From contig JBGGMM010000066.1 in the NCBI GenBank assembly GCA_041288045.1, forward strand, positions 1 to 15,409: a stretch of DNA of 15,409 bases. The letters run 5' to 3'. Positions within the stretch are counted from its first letter, which is position 1. Each line of letters begins with the position of its first letter. Below are positions 14,701 to 15,409 of the stretch, one piece after another. Below the pieces are notes generated by a model. It saw only the letters and a list, made by a program, of their open reading frames with translations. It did no database searches and had not been told where the DNA came from. The translations under genes and the position numbers were made by a program. This DNA comes from Pseudobdellovibrionaceae bacterium (lineage in GTDB: Bacteria; Bdellovibrionota; Bdellovibrionia; Bdellovibrionales; Bdellovibrionaceae).

Positions 14701-15409
14701 TCGAGAGCTGCCGTTGGTTTCAAAGTTCAAATTGAAATTGTCATTGGTTCCCAATGTGGCATCGGCAGAGAAAGAGTTTCCGTTTTGAGCAAAATTAGTT
14801 CCGCCTAACACTGCAGTGGCAGCATAACAACCAGCAACTCCTGAAGCATCAAAGCTCACCAATTGATTGAGACCGCAAGTCAGAGAGGTCAAAGCACTGC
14901 CAGTTCCATTCGCCACAACCAAAGCGTTAGAGGTGAATGAGGTTGCTGCAGTCCCACCCTTGGCAATCGGAACTGTGTTCAGGCTTAAGATCCCAGCACT
15001 GGTCATCGTCGCATCACCAGAAACCACTGAATTGTCCCAGCTGGTGCCATTGTAAATCATGATCTGGCCAGTCGCCGTACCTGCAGTGATTGTTTTGCCC
15101 TTGAGCTTATCAACAGAATTCGAATTGGAAGCTCCACTGACATCACCACTGAGGTTCGAACTCGCACTCAGGGGAGTGAAACCTAAAGCTGTGGTGATAT
15201 CACCGCTGACAAGATTGGCTCCTGTTGTGACTCGGCCTTTGGCATCGACTGTAACTTTAGTGTAAGTGCCAGCAGTGACTCCGGTTGTATCCAATGCCAA
15301 AGTGCCAGCACTTGAGATCGTCGCATCGCCAGAGACGATGCTATTCACCCAGCTCGTGCCATTGTAGATCATGATTTGGTTGGTGGCAGTCGCTGCCGTC
15401 ACCGCTTTG
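11788..15409 (-). CDS. Large phage-tail-fibre-like surface protein (mosaic adhesive trimer-like), 5' end truncated by the window edge
   Basis: More than 1204 aa, with the frame open to the edge. Rich in T/G/S/N/A, with repeated G-N/S-VGIGT-x-x-P motifs, GVTAGTYTKVTVDAKGRVT and TLPSGDGSSGQILSTNGSG. No S74 chaperone motif recognised at the C-terminus. Confidence 0.88.
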   Translation of the reverse strand, partial: KAVTAATATNQIMIYNGTSWVNSIVSGDATISSAGTLALDTTGVTAGTYTKVTVDAKGRVTTGANLVSGDITTALGFTPLSASSNLSGDVSGASNSNSVDKLKGKTITAGTATGQIMIYNGTSWDNSVVSGDATMTSAGILSLNTVPIAKGGTAATSFTSNALVVANGTGSALTSLTCGLNQLVSFDASGVAGCYAATAVLGGTNFAQNGNSFSADATLGTNDNFNLNFETNGSSRMTIKTDGYVGIGTTNPQYALTLYGAATSMGYVTPGSAGGNQVALNLQTMSNGSDYVGQATAKGWNIYARGNAWATAAEQNDLGFSFWNGTSWSPTTLLLDSATGNVGIGTTSPGTSLDVSGAITVRPTGTATGNTGQILLRELATNGTNTVTLKAPDVLAADVSFTLPSGDGSSGQILSTNGSGVWKWIDASGGSSGFVDGGNSFGQAADLGTNDGQPLNLQTNGTTRVAISQDGTMSVSNRLTLTGGLLLNQGTGSTDNLIYLRSTSSGAVDASMGFFAAGLGSGSEAHGPYFLARGNSYSASANQRGNIFFSAGQPSSPNAAEGALVFQTNAVERLKIYQDGKIGIGGYTPENFLDIRNPAGESTRIVTGNSGGIAIPLRLDNNGAAATGSATSLLFQGTSTNSQKIEQSSINSVVTNHVHPNFNADLYFSTTLDNTGRERMRILSSGNVGIGTSSPGTSLDVTGAITSRPYGTGAGQAGQILMRELATNGTNTVTLKAPDLLAADVSFTMPSGDGSNGQVLSTNGSGVWKWIDMSAGGSASTDVYSNGGNSFGVNATLGTKDTRPLAFMTNNATRMAISQDGSVGIGTTNPVSFVQIAYPGMISAINNANTYLQIGGNESTSNGHRLIGFGYTTPSNTYSPAYMGYQESSSAGQSKGDLIFGARSTTSDAQPEERMRIMSSGNVGIGTNAPGTSLDVSGAITSRPYGTSTGNTGQILMRELVANGTNTVTLRAADNIASDVTFTIPSADGSSGQALATNASGLLYWITPLTSTTGFVNGGNAFGSNASLGTTDSRPLAFMTNNTTRLAISQDGSVGIGTSSPSVKLDVVGASKFTGNITTSGDVTLGTQATRGTAGDRGQLAISSTYLTTSNISNTISWANGNQQELATFLCDGTKIITFSNLKDGAAYTLYISGAAAHSGVCNFASGGYTFKASGGNVAPTASKDVLFTFTVFNNTVIYNMIDNLQ
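12253..14391 (-). repeat. Three dispersed copies of a ~132-136-aa module (14391-13996, 13353-12946, 12648-12253)
   Basis: Each reads GNVGIGT.SPGTSLDV.GAIT.RP.GT...GQIL.REL..NGTNTVTL.A...AISQDG. A 26-nt exact match TCAATCCATTTCCAAACACCAGAACC occurs at 13094-13119 and 14132-14157. Confidence 0.93.
14980..15402 (-). repeat. Two copies of a ~36-aa repeat in the fibre's proximal part
   Basis: TAATATNQIMIYNGTSWVNSIVSGDATISSAGTLAL versus TAGTATGQIMIYNGTSWDNSVVSGDATMTSAGILSL. Confidence 0.88.

Noticed and set aside
10391..15409. Prophage, tailocin or diversity-generating retroelement
   Set aside because: No other phage structural genes, integrase or reverse transcriptase are in the window. The partner has a signal peptide, and repeat differences are mostly at synonymous positions rather than adenine-specific.

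Overview
Gene-dense bacterial chromosomal window, most likely from a Bdellovibrionota-like predator. This taxonomic call is an inference from the fibre protein style, the HD-GYP protein and the FliA-like promoter. Left half: a peptidoglycan/diaminopimelate cluster (lysA divergent from an mpaA-like M14 amidase and dapD, with convergent murI), a CBS-less IMPDH/GMP-reductase gene, a membrane protein, a MipA/OmpV outer-membrane protein and an HD-GYP protein with a sigma28-like promoter. Right half: a LEA_2/WHy lipoprotein, then a translationally coupled operon encoding a Pol-beta-type nucleotidyltransferase fused to a BON domain and a calcineurin-like metallophosphoesterase, preceded by a near-consensus sigma54 promoter. 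At the far right is a large phage-tail-fibre-like protein (5' end outside the window) coupled to a secreted two-domain partner. The best candidates for undescribed biology are (1) the sigma54 NTase-BON/phosphoesterase 'writer/eraser' module, (2) the fibre plus putative tip-adhesin pair, (3) a recurring promoter-8 nt-start codon (leaderless) architecture, and (4) a possible ~170-nt sRNA between the guaB-like gene and murI. No rRNA, tRNA, CRISPR array or mobile element was seen.
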